Source: Eutreptiella sp. 'Long Island Sound 2002' (taxonomy: Eukaryota > Protista > Euglenida). Taken from it: a DNA stretch of 64,000 nt. Where the stretch lies: positions 166,718,001 to 166,782,000 of the forward strand of contig OZ038378.1 in NCBI GenBank assembly GCA_964036045.1, given 5' to 3'. The number at the start of each line of letters is the position of its first letter. Position 1 is the first letter of the stretch. The translations under genes and the position numbers were made by a program. Below are positions 35,993 through 46,731 of the stretch, piece by piece. The notes beneath the pieces were generated by a model. That model searched no databases. It was not told the DNA's origin and saw only the letters and a program-made list of their open reading frames with translations.

Positions 35993-38575
35993 ATGGCAGA
36001 GAGCGTGACGCCAACAAAAGCGGGCAGAGCATCACCAGACACCTTGCAAGTACCGTCCACGCAGGACACGGTGCCAGAGGAGTTCCTGAGGTTCTACAAG
36101 AAGCCTTTGCAGGTGGAGGTCGACGTCACTACCCTTGGGATCGACAAGCAGAAGAAGTACGGTCAGATCCGGAAGTATCGACAGAAGCAAGTGGACGAGG
36201 TTAAGAGAAGTCTCATGGCAAACCCTCCTGAGGAGCCCGTGACCGTGACTGCATGGCAATCACCAGGTACGTAACCGGGCCGCAGCGGCGATGTTTCATG
36301 TGCATGCTCTCAAGACCCTCTTTCCGTCCTCGGTTGATGATTGGATCGTCATTGTAAAGCAGCACTGCGTCTGTGCGCTCAAAGAGCTCCGAAACGAACG
36401 TCTTGAGAAAGGCCTCGACCCACCGCAGTGGATGCAAATTGTTAAGGTCAACCTGCTGAAGACGGAGACGAGTTGGGCTACTCGGGTAGCAATCGCAAGT
36501 CGCAAGCAGGCCATCGATCTCGACATCTCTGCCGTGCCACCGTCGGAAGCAGCTGACAACTTTCTTATGCATTTGCGGGATTCGCCGGCTGGGCCTGACG
36601 AGTCCGCCAGGGATCACATTCACCGAACCATTCCAAAGGCCGCGAGCGGAAGTGCATGGATCCCTCCACAGGTTTCGGATGATGAACTCCAAGTATGTTG
36701 CTGTTTGGAATGCGAGGCCTCGCAATCTGCAATCTAGCAACGTACCCTCCGCCTGTGCAGTCTTATGCCGTTAAGGCCTTTGGACCCTTCTTCACGTGGG
36801 TGTACCACGCGGAGGACGCAGCTGTGCAGTCCGTGATCAATTTCAAGAACATGGACACACCACTGACAATGAACCAGTTGAAGTTTCTGCAGAGTTTGTA
36901 CGAGCCAGCCCTCCTACAACAGGTCGCCGCCGATATGTGGAGACCAAAGGTGAACATCAAGGAAATCCAGGACCGGGCCTCTACTTACCAGAAGCAGCAG
37001 TGGATCAAGTGGCATTGGGGAGCCGCTCCGGACAGCGTCATCCATCCCTCTCGAAGTATGTTCCCCTGACAGGCAAGTAGGCAAACACGCAAACATGAAG
37101 CCAAATCAGTCAATTAAAACTTTCCACACCTGTGCAGAGGCCAGTCCGGCAGAGAGGGTACCGCTGCATGACTGGGATGTCAATTGGTTTCGGATCCCTT
37201 TGGGGGCCTGGCAGTGGAAATTTGAGGCTCCGTCGCCAAAATGGGAAACGCTGAGCAAGGAGCGGTTCTGGACGGCAATGGGACACACTTTTCCAAAGCG
37301 TGGGGCATCAATGGACCTTGGCCGCCCCCGACTGGCCACGCCCTTGACGGAGGTCAAGTCTACGGAGTCTGGAAAAGTGGATGTGCTGAACATTGAGGCT
37401 AGTGGAAAGATGGTCAAAATGTTGTGCGCCCCCTACAAAGATCCACAAGATCCCCTTAAGTTTTTGGAGGCGCTGGAAACGGACATGATTCTTCTGAATG
37501 CGAATCTGGCGGATGGTGCTGATTCTGTGAGTCCGGTTGTGATGGCGAAGTTGATCGAAAACCCCGAAACGGTGCTGGTCATCTACGGCGAGGTGTCGCC
37601 CGCGTTTGACGCCCTGCAAACAGTTCTGGAGTCACCTGGGATTGCGGAGAACGATTACTGGTATGAGAAAGTGCAAGTGTGTCACTGGCTACCGGGTGCG
37701 GGCAAGACGGGAAAAGGCGGAATTCAAGTGAATGCACTGGTTCTGGTGGCCGGTGTAAAGATCAAGAAAAAGGTATGTACAACGCTTTCGGATTGCGAGG
37801 CCTCGCATTCCCTTTAACATCTCGCTACTCCTCTCCGCAGATCCCACCATACATCGGCTTGGATCGCCGCGAACGTGATGAACCAGGGTTCATGCCCCTT
37901 GTCCTCTATACGTGGCTGGCGACGCTGATGCGGAACAGAGACCGCTCGGACAACGTCATGATCTTCGATCGCGATGTGCACATGGCAGCGAAAGTGGCAG
38001 CTTTGGATGATCTTCCACAAGTTTGTTCTCTGCAGTTGACGAAATCAAAGCGATCGGACTGGGCACGGAGCTACCATCACGAGGTGACGCAGCGTGTGCA
38101 GGCAGGAGTAGACCAGACGAGGTTGGCACAGTGCGAGCTCTGGATCCAGTTCGGCATGCCAATGTGGGTCGAGGACGAGAACGTGGGGTATGCCCATCTG
38201 GAAGTGTCGACTGCAGAGGAAGCAAGTCAGAAGGCCCATGCAGAAGTCGGAGACGAGGACTTGGAGGATCCGGAGGACGACGACGATGACGCGGTGCTGC
38301 TGGAACATGATCGGCGATCTCCTCGGAAGTCAACGCAGGTTCGGGCGTTCCAGGCTGGCGATGCACATGAAGATGAGCCGGAGGCGAGCCAACCGCCGAA
38401 GCCGAAAAAGCCGAAGACCAAGGCGGCAGCAGAGCCGAAGCACACGACCCTGACGCAGCCCCAAGGGGTGAAGAGGACGCTGAGCCTTCCGGATCCGGGA
38501 ACAGCAGTGGGCTCCACGGCGAGGAGCAAGATGTTGGCAGCGGGATTGAAGAAGAAGAAGAAGCCCTCCACGTAA
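35993..38575 (+). CDS. Five-exon ~765-aa protein: ParB/Srx-like N-terminal domain, degenerate beta-class N6/N4 DNA methyltransferase-like domain, and acidic/basic tail
   Basis: Exons 35993-36266, 36334-36692, 36761-37055, 37138-37772 and 37841-38575 total 2298 nt (766 codons). Introns 2-4 are GTATGT...CAG of 68, 82 and 68 nt, and each joins consecutive ORF-track frames in phase. Intron 1 is GTACGT...cctcGG (67 nt, non-canonical acceptor). A polypyrimidine acceptor ending at 35980 lies just upstream of the ATG. Confidence 0.75.
36709..36726. promoter_or_regulatory. Palindrome copy inside intron 2 (36693-36760) of the ParB-like gene
   Basis: aatgcgaggcctcgcaat. Confidence 0.85.
37792..37809. 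promoter_or_regulatory. Palindrome copy inside intron 4 (37773-37840) of the ParB-like gene
   Basis: attgcgaggcctcgcatt. Confidence 0.85.
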
Positions 38576-38623
38576 AGGCGTTGGTAGCGCTGCAGCCCTG
38601 TTCTACGAGATATGTCGTCCCGC

Positions 38624-38891
38624 ATTGCGAGGCCTCGCATTCCCAGATTAGGCAACTTGCCATTTCTGCTCTTTTTTTTAGAAGCATCATCTGGAGATGA
38701 TGATTATACTGACCCTAAGGCAGCAGTCAGTATTGCGAGGCCTCGCATTCTTAAAGCCTCACGTGTCGACGCACACAATGTATTTATAGTTTGTATTCTC
38801 TTTTTGCTTGTTTCTGTGTGATCCAAAGCTGTGTGTAATTGCAAGGGATTACCTTGATTCATGTCTCGTATTGCGAGGCCTCGCAATACGA
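38624..38891. promoter_or_regulatory. Right-end cluster of three palindromes (cores at 38626, 38734, 38872)
   Basis: The last copy extends to the 26-bp perfect palindrome tcgtattgcgaggcctcgcaatacga (38866-38891). Confidence 0.8.
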
Positions 38892-39960
38892 ATAGGAAAA
38901 TAGTATATTTTTACATCATTTCGGCAACCTCGGGCGTAAAACTTGGCTTTTTTAAGGGTGCAAAAAAAAAGGAAGGAGAGGACAACACCAAAAAGCAAGG
39001 TTTTATAGTCGAAAAACCCCCAAAATATGGTGCATTTTACAGAAAAGTGGGTAAAATGGCAAAAATTGTGAGGCCCTCGGACCCCCCCCCCAACAGCCCC
39101 CCCCCAGAGTCTTTGACAGATAGCTGAGTGGTGGGTCGCAGCGGGACCGGGTCTAGCCGCCCTTCCGGTGTTGTACTACACGGCAAGCAACCAGCCTTTA
39201 TGGACGCGCCCCCCTTTCTAGGCTAGGCCGATTGCTGTAGGGCTCCCAACTTTCACAGGAGCAATGCAAGTTCGAAGGCTGGAAGCCCCAAGTGTTGATG
39301 GAGAACCACAATTGCCCCATGCCCCGTGCTGATGTCCTCCAGACCGGCGACATAATCCCATACTCCAAGAGCTGGGCTTTTTTGGAGGAAAATCATGCAT
39401 TTTTGTGGGTAATTGGGCCAAAAAATTGAGTAGTCAAATTTTGTGGTTGAAAAAAGTAGGCAAATCGGGCAAATTACCTGTACCAAATTTGCAGACATCC
39501 CGGTACAAAGGGTACCTATTTCGGCCGCCTAAGTCTTGAGTACGGGCACATCCTGACGAGCCAGCGGACCCCCAATGCCCTTGTTTCGCCCCTTTTCACA
39601 TCCACCGCCATTCTTAATTCTGCACTGATTGGCTCTGTGCAATGCAGCTCTCGGGAGGGCACCATGTTGCACTTGAACTCTACTTGAGGGAGAGGGGAGC
39701 GGCATATGAGGGAAATCAGCCAATTTGGACACTCGTGTCTGATCTGCTACTTTCGGCATCCGTATCCAACCGGGAGCTTGCTTTTGGGAATCATCGAAAA
39801 AGATCGTCACCGCCTGGCATCGCGCATTCGGAGAGGGGGGGGGCGGGGGTGGCATTACGGGCGCTCTTCTGGGCTGGCCAAGACTCTGTGGACTAAGGCA
39901 GCCCGTCCAGCTGGGCCACCACTTGGGCAAACATGTGGACCATTGGCGGCGGACTTATAC

Positions 39961-40131
39961 CTTTCGGAGGTCCACGTAAATTAGCAGGTCTGCAGCCACA
40001 ACTCCAGCGATGCAGCCCTTCACTGATTTGTGGTCCGCCGCCACGAAACTGATGGCGGTGTCCGCTTTCAAGCCGTTGGAGCGTATGGACCCCCAGTGCT
40101 CAAATCGGGTGGCGTGGATGAGCTCCATCGT
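39961..40131 (-). CDS. Exon encoding a second, degenerate KptA/Tpt1-like ART-fold domain (TMELIHATRFEHWGSIRSNGLK...DLLIYVDLRK)
   Basis: Acceptor tgtctgcag and donor AAG|gtataa, both phase 0. The H.T...W.sI...GL and lIyvD motifs match the Tpt1 C-terminal lobe. Confidence 0.7.
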
Positions 40132-43100
40132 CTGCAGACACCAGGGCAGATGAGGGCCGTGTGCAGGCGGGCCCGCAGCATGAGACGATGTGGGGGGGGC
40201 GCGATGGGCCGGTGACAAAGACGGTGCAGAACAATGCGACACTCATTATTTGCGCATTGTCACAGACTGCCTCCGTTTGCCTCTGCAGTTGTGCTGATAT
40301 TTATGGCCCCAACAAAATTGCCACGCTTTCAGCTCCCACGTGCCCGTGTCCCCCTTGCGCCCACTCCATGCTAAAAGCAGACCGACGGTGACATACGGAG
40401 AAAACAGGCCGCAGTGTGCGAAATGATGCAGAACGGGCAACCATTTCAATCCCCCCCAAGGGCGCCGTGGCAGACTTCCGTTTCAGGCTTTCGCTGGGGT
40501 GCCTTGCCAATGAACGAGCCCGATCAGACCAGCAGCAGTCCTAGACTATTAATGACATAGGACTGCAACTCGGTTGTTGTGATTGCAGACCAGGGACCAG
40601 TTTGGTCAGTTTGCTGCTGTTTTCTTGGGGTTGTGCGTGGCCTGAGGGTTTTGAGGAAAATTCTGAACCAGTTACTGCAGAAAGTGATCAGAAAAGGTCA
40701 CTGAAAACCCCCGCACAGGGCCTTACAACAGGTGTCAGATTAGATGCATGCAACTGGTAAATGGTAAAAGGCAGAGCACAGCAAAGAGCAGAAGAAGAAG
40801 AAAATTCCCTTCAGAACATCTTTCGGCCCAAGGCAAGACCAACGATATGCCCAAATGGGGCCTGTTCTATGCTCTTCAATTATCCCTCTTCCACAGACAA
40901 CATTCCAGCACACGGTTTAGAAGCCCTCTGGCAGCTCTGGCGATCACAACCAGAGGCAACAGCATTCGAAGCTCCCCCCATCCAAAAACACATCTTCCAG
41001 CACGATGGCAACCACGTGTACAAACATGCATACACGCATGCATGTATAAAGATATGTGAATCCACCAGATGCACCGTATGCATGGTGTAAATACAGCATA
41101 TACGCGCATACATGTAGACACATACACACATTCACACATACACATACACACACACATAAACACATTTTCACACGTAAAAACTTGTGTGCGTGTATACCAC
41201 CAAATAAGCAGTGATGCACTACACATCACGGTTGCCGAATATTTTCTGTCACTCAACCTTACCACTGCTTGGCTTGGTTTGAATGCTTGTTGAAACTTGG
41301 CCAGATTATTTGTCATGATTCGGGTTACTATGTGTGCAGCAACAAGCGCTCCACAGAGCTTTCTAAGCCCACCATCAAAGAAGAGATTTTAAATAATACA
41401 TTGATGCTGAGTGAGACGGTTTGCAGAGTAATTGATGGTAGAGTCAGCAAATGACAATTGGAGGGACCATACTGCATGTGCGATTGAAGGGTTGGTCTGT
41501 GGGCTACAGGAATTCTCCCATGCCGAAGTGGACAAAACCTGGTTCCCCAAACAACCTGTTCATAGCGCACACTAAGATCCAGAAGCAAACTCCAGAAGCA
41601 CATCCCAAACGCATCTAACCGAGCGCGTCAGGAGGAGCCAGGGGGTTGCAATGCGGAAGGCTGGGTGGATTGTCAATTGTTGGAGGAGGGATCAACAGAG
41701 GATCCTCACCAGATGCCCGCACCCCCTTTTAGAAGAGGGCTCTGCTCGTGGAACTCACCGAAATGACTTGGACATGATCTAAACCCCACAATTTAGAACA
41801 AGTGAAAATGGTAAACCCGACCAGAATGGCGCCCATGATGTTGCTAGAATGCCATTGGGTTTCCAACCTTGGGTTCTTCACTAGATGTGCTTTCAAGCGA
41901 TGGTTCATGCAAAGGTGGCTCAAACAATGTTCCCGAAGGGACATCTCTTGGGTTGAGAGTAGCCATAACCAGTAAACACAATAGGATACATTTCTTGATG
42001 CCACCCAAATGGGACAACCTATGTTGTGCTTTATCTGCCATTAAAGCCTGATACACTGTCCAAGCACTTATGGGGCACAGAAAAATCCGAGAGCAATCCG
42101 AGACCCTGGGGGAGGGGGGGGGTTACAGAAATAGGATAAAATAAAAGACTTGGTATGGCAGGGAAAGCCATGTCCCTGACGAACAGCTGGAGCTTGTCTC
42201 TTTCTCTTTTCTTTCTCTTTGTCCTGAAACAACTTATCCTTGGCCCAGTTGTGTGACAGTGTACTTACTTATTGCTAATAAAGGACCAGGCTATCAACAT
42301 ACTGTGCATGGTGTGTGTAGTATGTTAAGCAACATGTGGGCACTTTGTGTTACATTTCTTGCACTACAGACCAGCAGACAGTGTGTCTTTGGACATGCCC
42401 AAGGGTTCTAGGCATTAGGCATCTCTATGCGCCGAGCACCAAGGCGGGGTATGCGGCTCAAACTTTTGCAGCTGTGGAGCCTCAAACAGGGACCCCGTTT
42501 TCAAAGGGCATGGGTTGTTCAATAACCCTGCTAGGCAAATCTATACACGAGTGTGCTCACAAATGCAGGTCCATTTAGAAGGTCCTCGGGAAGTCAGCTG
42601 TTGTTGACTGCTGTTTGGCTGAATCTGAGTGTACTGTGTACCGGAACCAGTTTGCGCGCTATGCACAAAACACTGTCTTGTATCTTGGTGTGTACTCAAT
42701 CTTCCCTTCAGCAATCGGGATTGTTCGTGCCATTTTGCTTACATGTTCCCCAGCAACAAGTCAAATATTGTTAAGGAATTAGTGAAATGGCCATGTGCCT
42801 GTGCTTTTGGGGATGATGAGGACGGAGTGCCGTTTGGTTCACTGATTTCTCCATTTTATACACCATCTGTTTGCCCTTCTTTCAGAGGGTAAGGCAGGGG
42901 TGGGGGTGATGGGTATTGGTGTTTATAGCACAAATAGCGCAACCATGACATGTTTGCTGCCCTCCATCATGCCACAAGATTCTTGAACATTCGTTTTTTC
43001 CCACCGACGTGTTGGTGAAAAAAGACACCTGGGGCCGTTTGCGGCTCTTGATAAGCTTTTCTGTCCTCTTTTTCTGCCACTCGTGTTCACTGGCTTCTTA

Positions 43101-43384
43101 AGGCTACAAACCCCCAAATGACACACCCATGCGTCACCATATGGGGCCGGGGCCTGTTTTGCAGAGGCATGCGGATTGCCAATACATGCTTTGGTACCAG
43201 CCCCAGAAGGCCTCCCACGCAGCTGTTCCCATGGCACCACCAACGGTGTGGGCTGTGTTGGGCCAAGGGCGAAATAGACATGGCCATAGATCAGTCACGA
43301 TGAAATCTGGTGCCAATTTTGTTGGGGAAGGGCCGTGAGCTTGCACTGAATGCGGGGCAACTGATGACTTTTCTGGAACCCCTT

Positions 43385-45304
43385 GTAACGCAACCACCCC
43401 CTCAATTCGGCGAAGAAATCCCAACAATTCGGCAGGACAATTCGGCGGGCCTATTTTTTGGCGAAATGCTTCCCAGTCACCAGGATTATGGCCCTGGCCC
43501 CCCAAACACACTGTCCCTTTGGTTGCTGTGTTGTCAGAGACATGTGGAAACCCTTGTAAGCTGAAAATTTTTTTGCATCGTGCTGCTTCTATAAGACGAA
43601 AAATGACATCTGCAGAGCGAAAATGAGTGGTTGACTGGTTACAGTGTTGGGCTATAAGATGCTGAAAATTCGGGTGCCTAGGTTCAAACCCTGTTGAGGG
43701 TAAATTTGTGACCTGGACCCAGAGTCAAAGACAGGTTTTTGGAAGTGTCCGGGGGGTAACTTGGGGTAACTTGGTCCCACCGTTTCAGTTTGTGGCGCTT
43801 TTTTTTCATGTGCACGGGAAGGCTGTGCACTTTCTGAATATCCAAAAGGCGCCGATTGCTTCAACGACATTTTGGAAAAACGGCACCGTTTTTGGGCGGG
43901 GTCACCCAGAAAAGTGGCAAAACTTGCCCACAGTCAAATAGGGGGTTTTGGAGGTGTCGGGGGGGGGGGGGAACTTGGTCCCACCGTTTCAGTTTGTGGT
44001 GCTTTTTTTTTCATGTGCACGGGAAGACTGTGCACTTTCTGAATATCCAAAAAGCGCCGACCACCTACCGAGGTATATGTTCTGAAAATTGGACGAATGT
44101 CCTCCAGAATCGTTAGGGGGCGCCCACCTTCCATGAGACAATACACCAAATCCTCCGGGAGGTCCTGTGTATCGCGTGGATCCTTCACTTGCAGAATGGT
44201 TTGCCAAGATGGCTTTGATGCCAGCTCAGCAGGAAGAGAAACTGGCTCCTGTTCACGGAAAGCACGGCGCCTACCACGCTGCAGCTCTACCACCTCTGAC
44301 CTATATTTCTTGTCTCTGCTTTGATCCCATTTCTGTGCCACATACTCATGCTTCCTCTTTTTGTCTGCCCGTTCCTTGTCCTCTTTCTCCTTCACCTTCC
44401 GTTTCTCTTCCCGTTCTACATATCCTGGGGCAAGCACCAACTTTGCGCCCGCACGAATGACCTTGGCACACGCGGCATCATGAATCCCTGAGATAACATG
44501 CCTTGTCAATGAGGCCTCCCGAGTCTCATCCATCTTCTTACCACATGGCTTACAGTATAGCTTGCCGTTGTTATCATACAAACCATACTTACCGTACTTT
44601 TCAACCCTCTGTGCAATTGTAACAGTTTTCAGCACACGGGGGTTTTTGGCCTTCTTTAAGGTGTCTGGACGCGAAGGCTTTGCAGGCTTCTTCTGGGCAC
44701 CTGACTCCTTTGCAGAAGTGGAAGACTCGGCAACCTCGCATTCCCCAGGCTTTTTCTGGGCACCTGACTCCTTTGCAGAAGTGGAAGACTCGGCAACCTC
44801 GCATTCCCCAGCCACAGCTACAGAATCCACTGCAGGCACCAGTAGCCCGGAATCCACTGATTGGGGGCCTGTTGATGAGCTGCCCGAAGAACGGCGGCTG
44901 AAGAACGCACTGGGCCGTGCAGAGCGAACACAAAATTCGCAAACTGCCCCCTCACCGGCATCAGGATACTTGTCCCGAAGCAAAGCTTGATCAGCGGAGG
45001 ACAACGAATCCCAGGGGACCAAAGACACGTCCTTTTGTGGACAGTAAAAACACTGCATGGTGCCAATCTGAACAACCAATGTACAAAGAAAAGGTATTAT
45101 GCAGTAAGGGATGCCTCCAACTCAGGTGACCCAGAACCCATAAACCCCAACAGGTCGGCAAAACGAGGCGGCAAAGTCCCAGAAACCTAGTGATTCGGCA
45201 AAACAAATCGGCGAAATTCAGAAACCGAACAATTCGGCAGACCAATTCGGCAAATTCGGCCAAATTCGGCCACCGAATTGGGGGGGGGGGGGTTACTAAC
45301 GCTG
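43385..45304 (-). mobile_element. Internally deleted hAT-like element with CGGBP1-type zinc-finger transposase N-terminus
   Basis: Minus-strand 5' end cagcgttagtaacccc...caattcgg resembles the other end (gtaac...accaccccctcaattcgg). Clusters of AATTCGGC lie at 43403-43448 and 45192-45280. Confidence 0.55.
43934..45058 (-). pseudogene. Truncated CGGBP1-like/hAT transposase N-terminus (C2H2 finger), no catalytic domain
   Basis: TIAQRVEKYGKYGLYDNNGKLYCKPCGKKMDETREASLTRHVISGIH followed by DLVYCLMEGGRPLTILEDIRPIFRTYTSVGG. The frame then runs into an unrelated duplicated repeat at ~44060. It contains a 63-bp tandem duplication (GECEVAESSTSAKESGAQKKP x2). Confidence 0.7.
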
Positions 45305-46424
45305 ACTCCAAACAAGAAGCAAGTAACCAGAAGCATCCAAGAAGCCTATGTACCGGTATCGTATCTCCCACCTACCCATGGCCAACATACAAGGATGATT
45401 TGCAATGGCACTTACAACTCCTCGTGGTAGCAGAGGTAGGGCACAGTTGGACTACCTTGAGCCGATTACCTTGACAGTGTACGGACCTAGAAACTTTGCA
45501 AACAAAGGTGCGTGCATTGTTTAATGGACTAGACAAGAGGGAGTGAATAACTCTAATAGAGGTGCTCAAGGAGCAGCTGGACCCAGTGGCCACTCTCCTC
45601 ACTAACAGACTCTCTAGGAGAACTTGTTCATGGCTTATCAACTCTAATGCTGCCCTTGGTGGGCTAAAGTACCTTAATAGAAAGGGGCACTCGCCTTCAC
45701 TATTTGAGGTGATGCTTCGATATCATGACTCCTCCAACATTGTGGGGACACTCCAAGGGTAAATTGAATGAATAGGGCTGGAGACTGTCATTGGTGGCTT
45801 GGCACTATCCACTGATTTTGATGCTGACCAAAATGTGGGTCATTCTAGAAGTGGGGTTGGAGACTGGTGAGAGAAGAACTACCCCGAACTATCAAAAGGA
45901 GGACTAAGTATCACACCGGCTGTACCCAAAATGGATATGTGTTCCGGTTACACTGAAGGTGCAGATAGGTACTACACAAGCCGCTAGGGGCGGTGGGACG
46001 TCTATTTGGACCTCGGAACTGTCACCAGTGTATGCAGCGGGATGACTGCCACGTTCTTGCCTTGCGGACTTCCCTGAAATTGAGCTGACTGGAATGAAAA
46101 CTGGAATGAAGGTGGTAGAAACAGGAACTGGCAGTGTGGTATTGATGTGAAGAAAAGTATATCCTGACATGCGCAATGGAGTGGGGGGGGGGGGGGGAAG
46201 GGAAGGATGGGAAAGGCCCTGAACCTCATGCAGCACCACTGATCTGCAAGGGTGCATGTGTTTGGCCTGCTTGCAGGGTCGGCCTGGGACCACTTCAGAG
46301 GCCATGGCCCTCTTTGTTCCCTGCAGCAGGGTCACTTTAGTAGCAAAGAAAGAAAAGGTATCGCGATGGCGGCTCCAATGCACCTACGTTACCTAACATT
46401 ATACATACACTGCACTTCGCATAC

Positions 46425-46643
46425 CCCGTTCTGCCAGGCACTGGTATCATCAGGTGCAGTCCAGATTGTGGCACCACTCGGGGTTGCCACCGCCTTGATA
46501 AAGCAGCTCGGGGGCACAATGCCACTCTCCTGCTTCCCGGAGGAAAGCACCTCGATCTGACCATTGAGGGCAGTGCGCTCATCGAAAAGAACACCGTCCT
46601 CTTTTGCCTTTCGCATGTCCACGAAGATCAGCACCTCTGGACA
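46425..46643 (-). CDS. Exon encoding the C-terminal half of the first KptA/Tpt1-like domain (CPEVLIFVDMRKAKEDGVLF...SGIVPPSCFIKAV)
   Basis: Acceptor atttttgcag and candidate donor GGG|gtatgc, both phase 0. Matches the Tpt1 pattern 'vlIyiD..ka..dGi.F...Ng.il..G.ipp.yf'. Confidence 0.82.
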
Positions 46644-46731
46644 CTGCAAAAATATGAGGAGCGCCAGCTGATGGAGCCATAGTGGATTTATGCCACGGCC
46701 GGTAGAGCTTTGGCACATGCAATGTCAAGGA

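Larger units (their letters stand above)
32900..38960 (+). mobile_element. Two-gene DNA transposon-like element (DDE-like ORF plus ParB/methyltransferase-like gene) carrying a palindrome array; boundaries approximate
   Basis: Intact, compact ORFs with short introns, unlike the host's kb-scale introns. AT-rich ends. Ten copies of an 18-bp palindrome are confined to this interval. Confidence 0.7.

Noticed and set aside
36267-36285. 19-nt canonical GT-AG intron as intron 1 of the ParB-like gene
   Set aside because: It is in phase, but far shorter than the other introns, has no pyrimidine tract, and inserts 16 residues into a compact motif. Kept only as the fallback model.
33160-38891. CRISPR array interpretation of the palindromic repeats
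   Set aside because: Spacing is irregular (56 bp to ~2.5 kb), copies sit in introns, and there are no cas genes in this eukaryotic context.
42160-42200. VRQGHG as the Tpt1 N-lobe RAxQGH motif
   Set aside because: Short match with no supporting exon boundaries or surrounding motifs.
44740-44812. cctcgcatt half-sites in the hAT ORF
   Set aside because: They are half-sites only, in coding sequence, and present twice because of the 63-bp duplication. Likely coincidental.
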